The notes below the pieces were generated by a model, which did not search any database, was not told the DNA's origin, and worked only from the letters and a program-made list of their open reading frames with translations. This document shows positions 19,754 through 28,689 of a stretch of 64,000 nucleotides of DNA, piece after piece. The position numbers were made by a program, and so were the translations under genes. Within the stretch, counting starts at the first letter, position 1. Each line of letters opens with the position of its first letter. The DNA comes from an uncultured candidate division Zixibacteria bacterium. GTDB taxonomy: Bacteria; Zixibacteria; MSB-5A5; GN15; PGXB01. The stretch spans positions 3,264,001-3,328,000 of the forward strand of contig OY969724.1 in assembly GCA_963702205.1 (NCBI GenBank), given 5' to 3'.

Positions 19754-20368
19754 ATGAAAGAGAATATGGCGAAAAAGAAGGATTTTGAAGCACTGGCTCT
19801 GCCCCAGCTTACGAATTTGTATCGTACGGCCTTATACATTTTAGATGACAAATCCGATGCACAAGAAATGGTTCAAGATACATTTGTCAGAGCGTACCAC
19901 TCATGGGACGAATGTCAATTGGACCATAACCGCCGCATTTGGCTTTTTGGGATCATGACAAATGTTCTCGTCAACAAATATCGGCCGTCTCCCGGCCTGT
20001 CGGCCGCAACAAATAATATCTACGAGATTGATAGCCACGCACTGTATTCCCAGTGGGTGAATCAATTATCCAATATAGATCCCGGTCACGCCCTGCTTTC
20101 AACGATATCTGAAAACCATATCAGGAAAGCCATTGGAAACTTACCTCTAAATTTAAGGCTGATAGTTGTCTTCTCTCTGCTGGAGGACTTTTCTTACCGG
20201 GAAATAGCCAATATTACGGGCATTAATTTGGAAACTGTCAAATCCGGGCTGTATCTGGGTCGCATACTCATGCAGAGAGAGTTATTCGATCTCACGGAGC
20301 GCGAAGGCAAGCGCGAAGGCGAGTATGATACACCCGCAGACGGAGTCAGGAGTAACAAATCGGGTTAA
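19754..20368 (+). CDS. ECF RNA polymerase sigma factor
   Basis: LYRTALY...DAQEMVQDTFVRAY, WLF.IM.N, LP...R and FSYREIA.I.GI...TVKS motifs. Confidence 0.88.
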   Translation: MKENMAKKKDFEALALPQLTNLYRTALYILDDKSDAQEMVQDTFVRAYHSWDECQLDHNRRIWLFGIMTNVLVNKYRPSPGLSAATNNIYEIDSHALYSQWVNQLSNIDPGHALLSTISENHIRKAIGNLPLNLRLIVVFSLLEDFSYREIANITGINLETVKSGLYLGRILMQRELFDLTEREGKREGEYDTPADGVRSNKSG

Positions 20369-20419
20369 TGATCTGGGATCACAATGAAATTAAAAATTCG
20401 AATCTTTAAAGGAGTCATT

Positions 20420-21037
20420 ATGCTTAAGTTAATCAGTCTGTTCCTGACGGTTTCGGGACTGCTTCTTATTACAGCTTGCAATACTGGAACCACGACCGAA
20501 AACCTGACGAAAGGCACTACTTATGTTAGCATGCCGGTAAATACGGCAATCGCAGTAACTCTGGTCGATTCCATCGATACGGATATCAATGTAACGGGCG
20601 AGCAATTTTTCGCCAAACTTTCTCAACCCATTATCGTTGATGGGCACACCCTGTTTGCAAACGGTGCCGCGGCGAAAGGGGTCCTGATAAAAGTTGTTGA
20701 GTCCGGACGCCTCAAAACCCCCGCCGAATTAATCTTTAATTTGACGGCTCTTCAGGAGGGGAATGGGAATTGGGTCAACGTTGGCACTTACGCAGTCCAG
20801 GAGAAAAAAGGTTCGCATACGAACAGAGAAGTTGCCATGATCGGTGGCGGGGCCATAGTTGGTGGCATCATAGGCAAGATAATTGACAGAAATGGCAGCA
20901 CCGAAATAGGCGCCGCCGCGGGTGCGGCCGCAGGCACAGGCCTGTCTGCAGCAACCGGCAAGGATGATATATTCTACGGAGTCGGTTCGGAAATCGTGTT
21001 CTATTCGAATCAGTCTAAACAGATCGCACTGAAATAA
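20420..21037 (+). CDS. Lipoprotein with glycine-zipper region
   Basis: Lipobox LITAC and GGGAIVGGIIG...GAAAGAAAGTG. Confidence 0.75.
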   Translation: MLKLISLFLTVSGLLLITACNTGTTTENLTKGTTYVSMPVNTAIAVTLVDSIDTDINVTGEQFFAKLSQPIIVDGHTLFANGAAAKGVLIKVVESGRLKTPAELIFNLTALQEGNGNWVNVGTYAVQEKKGSHTNREVAMIGGGAIVGGIIGKIIDRNGSTEIGAAAGAAAGTGLSAATGKDDIFYGVGSEIVFYSNQSKQIALK

Positions 21038-21100
21038 CGGCAAGGTATTACAACCATCGTCCGCAAAAAAGGGCCAGGGAAATAACGAAAGGATTAAGTA

Positions 21101-21586
21101 ATGAAAAAACTTCTCATCTTCTTACTGACAACAGGTTTGATCTGCAATTTCGCAGCCACCGCAAACTCACGCTCGGCCGGGTTTCACGGCGTGGGACCGA
21201 GAGTAGGCTTTACGATCAATCCGGATCAAGTCCATTTTGGCGGCCACATTGATTTTGGAGACCTTGCTGATAATCTAATGATGCTGCCGAATCTGGAAGT
21301 TGGGTTTGGTGATAACCTAACCACGGTTGCCCCCAGCTTTGAACTTGATTATCGCTTCCGTTCCGACTGGGGTGTTTGGACTCCTTATCTGGGTGGCGGC
21401 GTCGGTCCGGTATTTTATTCCTTCAAGCACGGAGGCAGCTCGACCGAACTTGGTCTCTACATGCAGTTTGGCATTGGGAAAGGAAACTCGGGGAATCAGT
21501 CCGGGCATTTCTTCATAGAGGGAAAGCTCGGTTTGGCCGACGCTCCGGACTTCAAAGCAACTGTCGGCTGGACCTTCGGAAAATAG
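21101..21586 (+). CDS. Small outer-membrane beta-barrel protein
   Basis: Signal peptide, PYLGGGVG and C-terminal VGWTF. Confidence 0.75.
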   Translation: MKKLLIFLLTTGLICNFAATANSRSAGFHGVGPRVGFTINPDQVHFGGHIDFGDLADNLMMLPNLEVGFGDNLTTVAPSFELDYRFRSDWGVWTPYLGGGVGPVFYSFKHGGSSTELGLYMQFGIGKGNSGNQSGHFFIEGKLGLADAPDFKATVGWTFGK

Positions 21587-21790
21587 CCTATGCCAGAGGC
21601 GTCAAAAGCAATGAATTCCGGAATGACTGGCTATTCCTTGCAAGACGTGCGGCATGGAGAATAGGATAAAAAACCAAATGACCATCAAAATATCGCAATC
21701 CTCGACTAACTAAATTGCCGGATCGCTTCCGGCCGGTGACAGTGATGCACCGGTCGGCGGCGAATCCAGGACAAACAAAAGGAGAATCGT

Positions 21791-21940
21791 ATGCTGTGGA
21801 CATTAGCATTAATTCTGTTGGTTCTGTGGGCGCTTGGCCTGGTGACAGGCTATACGTTGGGTGGCTTTGTTCACATTCTGATAGTCATTGCCATAGTGGC
21901 GGTGCTATTCAGAATAATTGCCGGTCGACGAGTGGTGTGA
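21791..21940 (+). CDS. lmo0937-family (DUF5670) small membrane protein, 49 aa
   Basis: Manual translation MLWTLALILLVLWALGLVTGYTLGGFVHILIVIAIVAVLFRIIAGRRVV, with an AAGGAG RBS. Confidence 0.88.
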   Translation: MLWTLALILLVLWALGLVTGYTLGGFVHILIVIAIVAVLFRIIAGRRVV

Positions 21941-22068
21941 TTGAAGGCTTGTCCGAATATGAGCCGTAATGAACATAGTCTCTGTATCCGCCAGCATTTC
22001 CGTAATGGTCGGCGCGGTGGGTATTATTGGCGAAGAATTACTTGAACCTTCAAAAGGATAAGGAAAAC

Positions 22069-22629
22069 ATGTTCAGAATAAACAAAGCGGGATTCCTTTT
22101 GGGCATTCTCCTCCTATTGCCATGGTCCGTTCGCAGTCAAACGAGTGTGTATGTTGGCCCTCATATAGGCATACAAAAGTCTCCAGATGCCCAGGACGCG
22201 AATTATTTGGTGGGCGCAACGATGCGCCTTAGACTATTGCCGGTCCTCGGCGTGGAGGGCGATATTGGTTATCGTCAGGAAAAATATGGTTCCGACGTGG
22301 TAACGGTCAAAAACTGGCCGGTGACGGTAACCGGGTTGCTCTATCCGGTGCCAATAGTCTATGGAGGTGTCGGTGCCGGCTGGTATAATACGACTTTTGA
22401 TTACGCCGATAGATTTAACCAGATCGGCTATGGTGATGAAACCGTCCAGAAGTTCGGCTGGCACCTTGTTGCCGGGATTGAGATTCCGGCTTCGCAGAAT
22501 ATCAAATTGTTTGGCGATGTTCGTTATGTGTTTCTTGACTACAAATTCAAAGAACTGCCGGGCGCTTTGCTTGATGGAGTAAAATCGGACTTTTATTCCA
22601 TAAACATCGGTCTGCTTTTCCGGCTTTGA
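22069..22629 (+). CDS. Outer-membrane beta-barrel protein (OmpA-like TM domain)
   Basis: Signal peptide, YGGVGAGWY, FGDVRY and terminal GLLFRL. Confidence 0.8.
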   Translation: MFRINKAGFLLGILLLLPWSVRSQTSVYVGPHIGIQKSPDAQDANYLVGATMRLRLLPVLGVEGDIGYRQEKYGSDVVTVKNWPVTVTGLLYPVPIVYGGVGAGWYNTTFDYADRFNQIGYGDETVQKFGWHLVAGIEIPASQNIKLFGDVRYVFLDYKFKELPGALLDGVKSDFYSINIGLLFRL

Positions 22630-22691
22630 GATGGCAGTTGCGTCCCGGTTTTGCTCAGGTAAATCTCCTGATCGAATAGAAAGGAGCTCTT

Positions 22692-22928
22692 ATGAATACC
22701 ATAATTTTGGTCGGCATCATTCTCATTACGCTCGGCGCGGTGGGACTGATATGGGGAGGAATTAGTTATACTTCTAGTCGGAATGCCGTTGATATGGGAT
22801 CGATGCACGTCCAGATCGATCAAACAAGCCATATCCCGCTCTCCCCGATCGCCGGCGCGGCGGCAGTGGCGGCTGGCATAATACTGATCTTTGTCGGGCG
22901 ACGACGCCAATTGGTGCGATCATATTAA
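22692..22928 (+). CDS. Small two-TM protein (DUF3185-like)
   Basis: GIILI.LG..GL.WGG.SYT...PL.PIAG pattern with an AAGGAG RBS. Confidence 0.7.
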   Translation: MNTIILVGIILITLGAVGLIWGGISYTSSRNAVDMGSMHVQIDQTSHIPLSPIAGAAAVAAGIILIFVGRRRQLVRSY

Positions 22929-23158
22929 TTCGCTGTACATTCTTTGACTGATCGATCATCTCTATGGCACTCCAAGGTGAGACTCCAGCGCCTTGGAATG
23001 CCGGGGATGCTTATGACGACGGGAATATTAACTGTTCGGATGTCCTATACATGAAAATTACATCCGGATAGGCAGGAAAAGAAAAAGGATTCAGAATTTA
23101 GTATAATGCGCGAGACCTTTTAAATCCCTGCTTGACGAAAATTCGTCCCAATAAAAAA

Positions 23159-23232
23159 TAGCGGTGCAGGGACTTGAACCCCGGACACGCGGATTATGAT
23201 TCCGCTGCTCTAACCAACTGAGCTACACCGCC
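23159..23232 (-). tRNA. tRNA-Met (CAT), elongator-type, CCA not encoded
   Basis: GGCGGTGTAGCTCAGTTGGTTAGAGCAGCGGAATCATAATCCGCGTGTCCGGGGTTCAAGTCCCTGCACCGCTA folds as a cloverleaf and lacks initiator hallmarks. TTGACA-N16-TACATT lies upstream. Confidence 0.93.
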
Positions 23233-23291
23233 ATTTTCAAGAAATCCCAATGTAATATAAAATGCCTAATTGTCAAGAAAATTGGTTGCCG

Positions 23292-24071
23292 TCAGGCCAG
23301 ACAGCGATTGATCGTGGCCTCGATTTCGGCCAGGTCGATACAGGTATTTTTGCACGGTCCTTCGGGGCGTTTGTTGGGAAAACCGATGACTGGTATATGG
23401 ACGTTTACTTCTTTGAATCCGGAATAAAGATCGCGCTCGCAGGCAATAGCGATAATCAGTCTCGGCCGCAACTCCCGGATTTTTTGGCGAGCTTCCGTGC
23501 CGCCTCCGACCGTCACCATTAAAAAGCCGTACTTATCCCGCAGCTCTTTGAGCATTGTGTTTGTCTCTTTGGTCAGGCAGCGCGGCAGGAGCAGAAGCAG
23601 CTTTTCGGGTACCGTCCGGTTGGGTCCGCTGTGAATCAGAACATTGTGAATTTTCAAAAATGAATTGGTGATGCGATCGGCCGAAAGGCCCATTGTCTTG
23701 CCGATCGCTGTCGTTATAGCCAGCAGTTTATTCACCAGATGTGGGACAATAATAAGCGGCGTGATCGGCCAGCTAAACACCGCCGAGACTATAAATATGG
23801 CAAGCCATAAAACCAGCACGGCACTGAAAGCCAGATACACAAAGGCAAATAGCTGAGGCAGGATCGAACTCATGGCCATCAGGCGCGGATAAATCAGCCA
23901 CAGGAAAATCCCGGCCAGAACGATCAGTGAGGCAATCGCGATTACGGCAATCCCAAGAAATATCTTGTAATCGGTTTCGGTCTCTTCGGTTTTGGCCGTG
24001 CCATCCCAGTCCAGCCATTCATCGCCGAGCTTGCGGTCAATGATTTTGTTGGTCGTTTTGGTCTTATCCAT
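23292..24071 (-). CDS. DUF116 domain membrane protein
   Basis: LLLLPRCL, IIAIACERDL and N.RPEGPCKNT motifs. Confidence 0.85.
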   Translation of the reverse strand: MDKTKTTNKIIDRKLGDEWLDWDGTAKTEETETDYKIFLGIAVIAIASLIVLAGIFLWLIYPRLMAMSSILPQLFAFVYLAFSAVLVLWLAIFIVSAVFSWPITPLIIVPHLVNKLLAITTAIGKTMGLSADRITNSFLKIHNVLIHSGPNRTVPEKLLLLLPRCLTKETNTMLKELRDKYGFLMVTVGGGTEARQKIRELRPRLIIAIACERDLYSGFKEVNVHIPVIGFPNKRPEGPCKNTCIDLAEIEATINRCLA

Positions 24072-24204
24072 ATCGATTGAATATACGGGTTGCCCCGGTC
24101 GCGGTCAACCGGGCAATTATTCTCAAATTCAATGTCACTGAATTAAATACGATAAGAATTTTAATCGCGGCTATCAGGAAGACCCATTTTCGGATCACGT
24201 ACAT

Positions 24205-24298
24205 AAAAAAAGCAACCGCGCCCTCACTACGCGGCTGCTTCATCCCCACCTCTTAATTACCCTTTACCGCCATACTATTTATGAGTAACTAACCTCAG
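24205..24298 (-). ncRNA. Candidate sigma54-dependent small RNA (or leader)
   Basis: TTGGCACAACCCCTGCT at 24309-24325 (-), followed about 90 nt later by the hairpin GCAGCCGCG/CGCGGTTGC plus T7. Only a 6-codon ORF is fully contained. Confidence 0.45.
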
Positions 24299-24627
24299 CC
24301 TAATAAATAGCAGGGGTTGTGCCAAAAATGTCAAATTATGATTCAGGTTTCGTAAGCAGCTGACATACATTACGTTACCACCAAACGATAATTCTAATAA
24401 TTCTACATGCAAGCAGTTTTGATCGCAGCATATGCGCCGGAAGCAATGCCGGCATATAGACCACGGAATTTATCCTTTGTAACACATATATTTACACCGC
24501 ACAACTTCTGCGACACCGATTTTGGCGCCTTTTGTGAGAAAACCAGCGAGCCTTGTGATATAACATCATGTTTCGGACATAAAAATAGCCCCGGATCAAT
24601 AAACCGAGGCTATTGAAAACAAATTTC

Positions 24628-25167
24628 TTAATTGCCGGCTGTCACCGTAACAACCACAACACCGAAATCTATGGTGACATCGACGCTCGGCTGTGACGAG
24701 ACAATATAAATGCGAAAAATACCCGAATCGGCGAAATTTTTCAGGATCGAGACGTTCTTGACTTTGGTCAACGACGTCGACCAGTCGATAGTCGTCTCAC
24801 CATCGGCGGCAAAAGTCACGTTGTCCAGTATAAGATCGGCATTGTCCTGAATATCGGTTAAATTGTCATAAACGGGATCGCCAACATTATCGATATACAT
24901 TTTTACATCGACTGCCGATGCCTCATGGTTGGTCACCTGAAGGACGAAGCCGACGTTGTCGATATCCTTGATTTTATCTTTATGGTCCTGCCAATCTGAA
25001 TCTTCAGTCAGGTCTATGTCATAATGAACCAAACCGGTGAAGGAAGCGTCAGAGGCGAATTCGAAATCAATCACAAACGTCCCGACCACGATACACCCGG
25101 TGAGCAGCAGCGCACCAAGAAGGCCGGACAGTAACCAGACATGGTTTTTAATGCGTGTCATATCCAT
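24628..25167 (-). CDS. Hypothetical lipoprotein
   Basis: Lipobox LLTGC, AGGAGG RBS and a terminator-like hairpin at about 24581-24614. Confidence 0.7.
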   Translation of the reverse strand: MDMTRIKNHVWLLSGLLGALLLTGCIVVGTFVIDFEFASDASFTGLVHYDIDLTEDSDWQDHKDKIKDIDNVGFVLQVTNHEASAVDVKMYIDNVGDPVYDNLTDIQDNADLILDNVTFAADGETTIDWSTSLTKVKNVSILKNFADSGIFRIYIVSSQPSVDVTIDFGVVVVTVTAGN

Positions 25168-25173
25168 ACCTCC

Positions 25174-25719
25174 TTAATAGCCCAAATAATAGAAAAAGCC
25201 CGCCGTCACCAGGGCCGATTTCTTGGAGCCGCCACCCTCGGTGCCGATGACAACAACCTTCCCCCGAAAATCGAGGCCTATTTTGGGGGCCGGGTTGATT
25301 TCAAAGCCGAAACCCGCCGACCAGCCCAGCCTGGTCGTGCTTTCGTCGAAATCCCGCGACGTATTATAAAACGCCGCCCCGAAAACACCATAAGGCTTGA
25401 AACCGGGCAGACCGCCGGTACCGCCGCCGAGAAGCAGGTTGATACCATAGGAATTCACTTTGGAACCTGCGATCGTGTTATTAATCGAACCGATCTCTTT
25501 CGAGGTCTCGCCGTATTTGCTGAAGGTAAGGTTCCCTTCGGCGACCAGCGCCGGGATAAGTTTGATTTTTCCGTGCAGACCGAAAGCGGTCCCGGTCGAT
25601 TGATCCTCCTGCACTATGGGGATATTCGCCCCTCCGAAGCCGCCGACGCCGATCGGCCCGGCCGACAGCATCGGGATACAGATAAATGTCAGGAGGAAAG
25701 CCAATAAAATCTTTCGCAT
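25174..25719 (-). CDS. Outer-membrane beta-barrel protein
   Basis: GGAGG RBS before MRKILL, KPYGVFGA and terminal AGFFYYLGY. Confidence 0.75.
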   Translation of the reverse strand: MRKILLAFLLTFICIPMLSAGPIGVGGFGGANIPIVQEDQSTGTAFGLHGKIKLIPALVAEGNLTFSKYGETSKEIGSINNTIAGSKVNSYGINLLLGGGTGGLPGFKPYGVFGAAFYNTSRDFDESTTRLGWSAGFGFEINPAPKIGLDFRGKVVVIGTEGGGSKKSALVTAGFFYYLGY

Positions 25720-25932
25720 AATGCCTCCACTTTGGAATTTCTCTGAGTTCAACATTATATTTATAACTGTGTGCGCGCCGCTCGTCAAGAACAAAGCGCG
25801 AATGGGCCGCCCGGCCCGATTATAGATAAATATACTCTATTTTCGAAAATCGGCAAGTTCTTTTGCCGCCTTCGTGACGATTTTTTACTAATCTCACAGG
25901 CGGCTTTCGGCCGCCTGCGATAATTCGGAGGT

Positions 25933-27729
25933 CTATAATTTAACCAGTTCAACCCGCCGATTATTGGCTTTGCCCTCCGCGGATTCATTGGTGTCGATAG
26001 CTTTCGACTCGCCCCAGCCTTTGGCTTCGAGACGGTCACCGCCGACACCGAAACTATTCATCAGGTATGATCGAACCGATTCGGCCCGATTTTGCGACAG
26101 GGTCATATTGCCGTCATCGGAGCCGTCGCTGTCGGTATGGCCTTCAATCGACAATCGAAGCGCGGGATCGTCCTGCATTAACTCCCCGATCTCTTTCAGG
26201 GTTTTATACGATTCGCCCTTGATCGTGCAGGAATTGACATCGAATAAAATACCGTGGGTGACGATTTTGCCGGATTCGTCCAGCTGTTCGCGCATGCTTT
26301 TACCGCCTTCAGCAAAGCGGAAACCACGGAATAATGCGGGATTTTCGGGATTGCTGCGCGGACTCACGCCCAAAACAAAACCGACCGGATTAAAACCTTC
26401 CACGTTGGGGACATTAGCCACTCTTTCCTGGTCGAAATAACATTTTATTGATCGGTCGGTCGCCATTATCCGCAAAAGGTGCGGTCCCGGACTGAATGAT
26501 TCGGACAGGTTCTTACTGGCCTTGCTTGTCCCGAATATACTCAAATTAGTGCCGGATGACCCGGATGAACTAAAATACCCGATCGAATTATTCTTGGCAT
26601 CCACCCAATGGATATAAAAATTCGCCAGCGAGACATTGCCTTTATTCATGTAGACTACGAGTTCGACAGTATACTTTTTGGGCAGAGGCCCGGCCGGAAT
26701 TTTGGGACTGATTTTGCCAACGTCCGTGCAAAGAATCCAGAACTCTCCTCCCATGCGGGCGATTTCAAAGACACCATGATCAAGGTTCCAACGGTACGGG
26801 AATTCGCCTTCTTCCTCATTGCTCATATCATCATAAAATATGACCTTATCGCCGGGCACGAAATCGAACTTGGTATACAAAGTCATGTCTTCGGCGACGT
26901 TCTTTTTGGGAGCCGCTGATACTGCGGTCGTGGCGGCACCGGTTGAACCACCCTGCTGGTTTTCACCTCCCGTTGAACCGGCGGCACCGGAAGAACCGTA
27001 CTCGGCCGTATATTGACCCTGGCCGGTATAGCGGAAATAGTCTTTCGGGGTTTCTTTAGCGATTTCGTTGACGGCCTTGCGCAGGACCTCGCGGATCGCG
27101 TCTTCCATCGGTGCGTTGGAGTAGGCGCCCAGTGCTCCGGCCATGGCGACGTCTTTGGTCCAGCCTCCTCCGGCCGCACCGGCTTTCCACTTGCTCGATT
27201 TCGCTTCGAGCGACATAGCTTTGATAATTCTCCGGGAACGAATATCGATCAGTTTGATATCCATATTAATCTGGGCCGACTTTTTGGATATTCCGGCCGC
27301 ACCGAAAGCCTTTTTGGTCAGTCCCCCGAGGGCCCCGCCGCCGCCGCCTGCGTCCGGCTCGAAGCCGGTGACGGCTCCCGTCACGAGGACGTCGGCGCCT
27401 TCCATCAACCCTTTATCCGGCCCGCGACCCGATTCGACATATTCGGATTCACCGAGGTCGATCTCATCGATCAACTCATCGACTTCCTCCTGAGATGCCA
27501 GCACTATAAATTTATCGTTATTGGCCAGGGCGGTCGAAAGCATTTCCCCAATAGCCCGGGCTTCGTCCGATGAACAATCGGCCTTGTCCTTGATCGTCCC
27601 GACCGTGATTCGGGCTTTGTTTCCCTGATAGGTGATATTGTCTTGCATATCCCCGACGGCGAGGCCGGACCAGAAGACAATACAAACCAAGAGGATTAGC
27701 GACAAAAGAGTAAAACGAGACCTTGGCAT
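25933..27729 (-). CDS. CsgG/HfaB-like domain fused to an OmpA C-terminal peptidoglycan-binding domain
   Basis: N-terminal GAD.LVTGAVTGFEP...DIKLID and C-terminal IEGHTD...N..LSQNRAESV...NRRVE. Confidence 0.85.
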   Translation of the reverse strand: MPRSRFTLLSLILLVCIVFWSGLAVGDMQDNITYQGNKARITVGTIKDKADCSSDEARAIGEMLSTALANNDKFIVLASQEEVDELIDEIDLGESEYVESGRGPDKGLMEGADVLVTGAVTGFEPDAGGGGGALGGLTKKAFGAAGISKKSAQINMDIKLIDIRSRRIIKAMSLEAKSSKWKAGAAGGGWTKDVAMAGALGAYSNAPMEDAIREVLRKAVNEIAKETPKDYFRYTGQGQYTAEYGSSGAAGSTGGENQQGGSTGAATTAVSAAPKKNVAEDMTLYTKFDFVPGDKVIFYDDMSNEEEGEFPYRWNLDHGVFEIARMGGEFWILCTDVGKISPKIPAGPLPKKYTVELVVYMNKGNVSLANFYIHWVDAKNNSIGYFSSSGSSGTNLSIFGTSKASKNLSESFSPGPHLLRIMATDRSIKCYFDQERVANVPNVEGFNPVGFVLGVSPRSNPENPALFRGFRFAEGGKSMREQLDESGKIVTHGILFDVNSCTIKGESYKTLKEIGELMQDDPALRLSIEGHTDSDGSDDGNMTLSQNRAESVRSYLMNSFGVGGDRLEAKGWGESKAIDTNESAEGKANNRRVELVKL

Positions 27730-27832
27730 AGTCTTCCTCCTTTTTACCTTGGATTTTTAATTATATTTTAAGTCTAAACAATATATAGACAGCCTCGCCG
27801 GACTGTCCACTACTTTTGAGAATTTTTTGCGG

Positions 27833-28582
27833 CTACTTTATTTGAATTGATTTCAATTTTTCGCGCGTGGACGGCGAGTACCAGATATCCGTAAACCGCT
27901 GCAGCAATTCAGCTTCATAGAGGCGCATACGCTCGAAAATCGGCCGACGCAGCAGTTCTTTGATCGCACCAAAAGAGATCAGATCGACCGACATATACTG
28001 CCCCGCCTTATCCAGAATCTTCTTATTGAAGTCATCCTCATACGCCGTATCATCGACCAGCCCCATGTTGAGCGCGCCCTCGGCCGAATACATTTCCCCG
28101 AAGCCCGCGATAATTTCTGCCCGGCGGCAGCCGCACAGGAATTTGAGCATTTCCATGGCCCCGTGGAATACAGTCGAACCGAAAGTTACTTCGTTAAGAG
28201 CGATACGATAACGCCCGATCATCATGATGCGCCAGTCGCAGGCGGTCGCCAGCATGCAGCCCCCGGCGATAGCATGACCGTTGATCGCCGCTATTACCGG
28301 CTTGGGATAGATGAATATCAGGCTGTACAAATCCGTGAACCTGGTTATGAATCGGATGAAATCCTCGGGTTTGTAATCGTACAATTCGGGCACGTCCAGT
28401 CCGAACGAGAAAAACTTATCGGTCCCGGTCAGCATGACAACGTGAGCATCGTCGTTTTCTTCCAGCTGATGAAAGGTACTGCCCAACTGCTCGACGTGCT
28501 CCTCGTTTAAGGCGTGTACTTTTCCGCGCTCCATGCGCACCGTGGCGATATGATTTTCAATAGTAGTATGTACAAACGGCAT
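27833..28582 (-). CDS. Enoyl-CoA hydratase/isomerase family protein
   Basis: FFSFGLD, PKPVIAAINGHAIAGG and LNEV motifs. Confidence 0.9.
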   Translation of the reverse strand: MPFVHTTIENHIATVRMERGKVHALNEEHVEQLGSTFHQLEENDDAHVVMLTGTDKFFSFGLDVPELYDYKPEDFIRFITRFTDLYSLIFIYPKPVIAAINGHAIAGGCMLATACDWRIMMIGRYRIALNEVTFGSTVFHGAMEMLKFLCGCRRAEIIAGFGEMYSAEGALNMGLVDDTAYEDDFNKKILDKAGQYMSVDLISFGAIKELLRRPIFERMRLYEAELLQRFTDIWYSPSTREKLKSIQIK

Positions 28583-28689
28583 TTTGTCCTCCGTACTATA
28601 TTTATATGCGGTTCATGAATGGCGGCATCATTAAAACAGACCTTTATTCTCCAATATACGCCTTCCCGTCAAAATAACTCATAATTATA

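Larger units (their letters stand above)
12651..23158. mobile_element. tRNA-Met-proximal genomic island (~10.5 kb stress/regulatory module, no intact integrase)
   Basis: Lies between the tRNA 3' end and its exact 22-bp duplicate, and carries accessory gene content. Confidence 0.7.

Noticed and set aside
22966..23002. GGCACTCCAAGG/CCTTGGAATGCC hairpin
   Set aside because: Single copy with no U-tract. It cannot be assigned as a terminator or REP from this window.
9789..23180. Repeats as a CRISPR array or extra tRNA genes
   Set aside because: Spacing is in kilobases, no cas genes are present, and the copies contain only the T-loop and 3' acceptor strand.
23159..23232. Initiator tRNA-fMet
   Set aside because: It has a paired G1.U72 and lacks three consecutive G-C anticodon-stem pairs. 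tRNA-Ile2 is less likely but not formally excluded.
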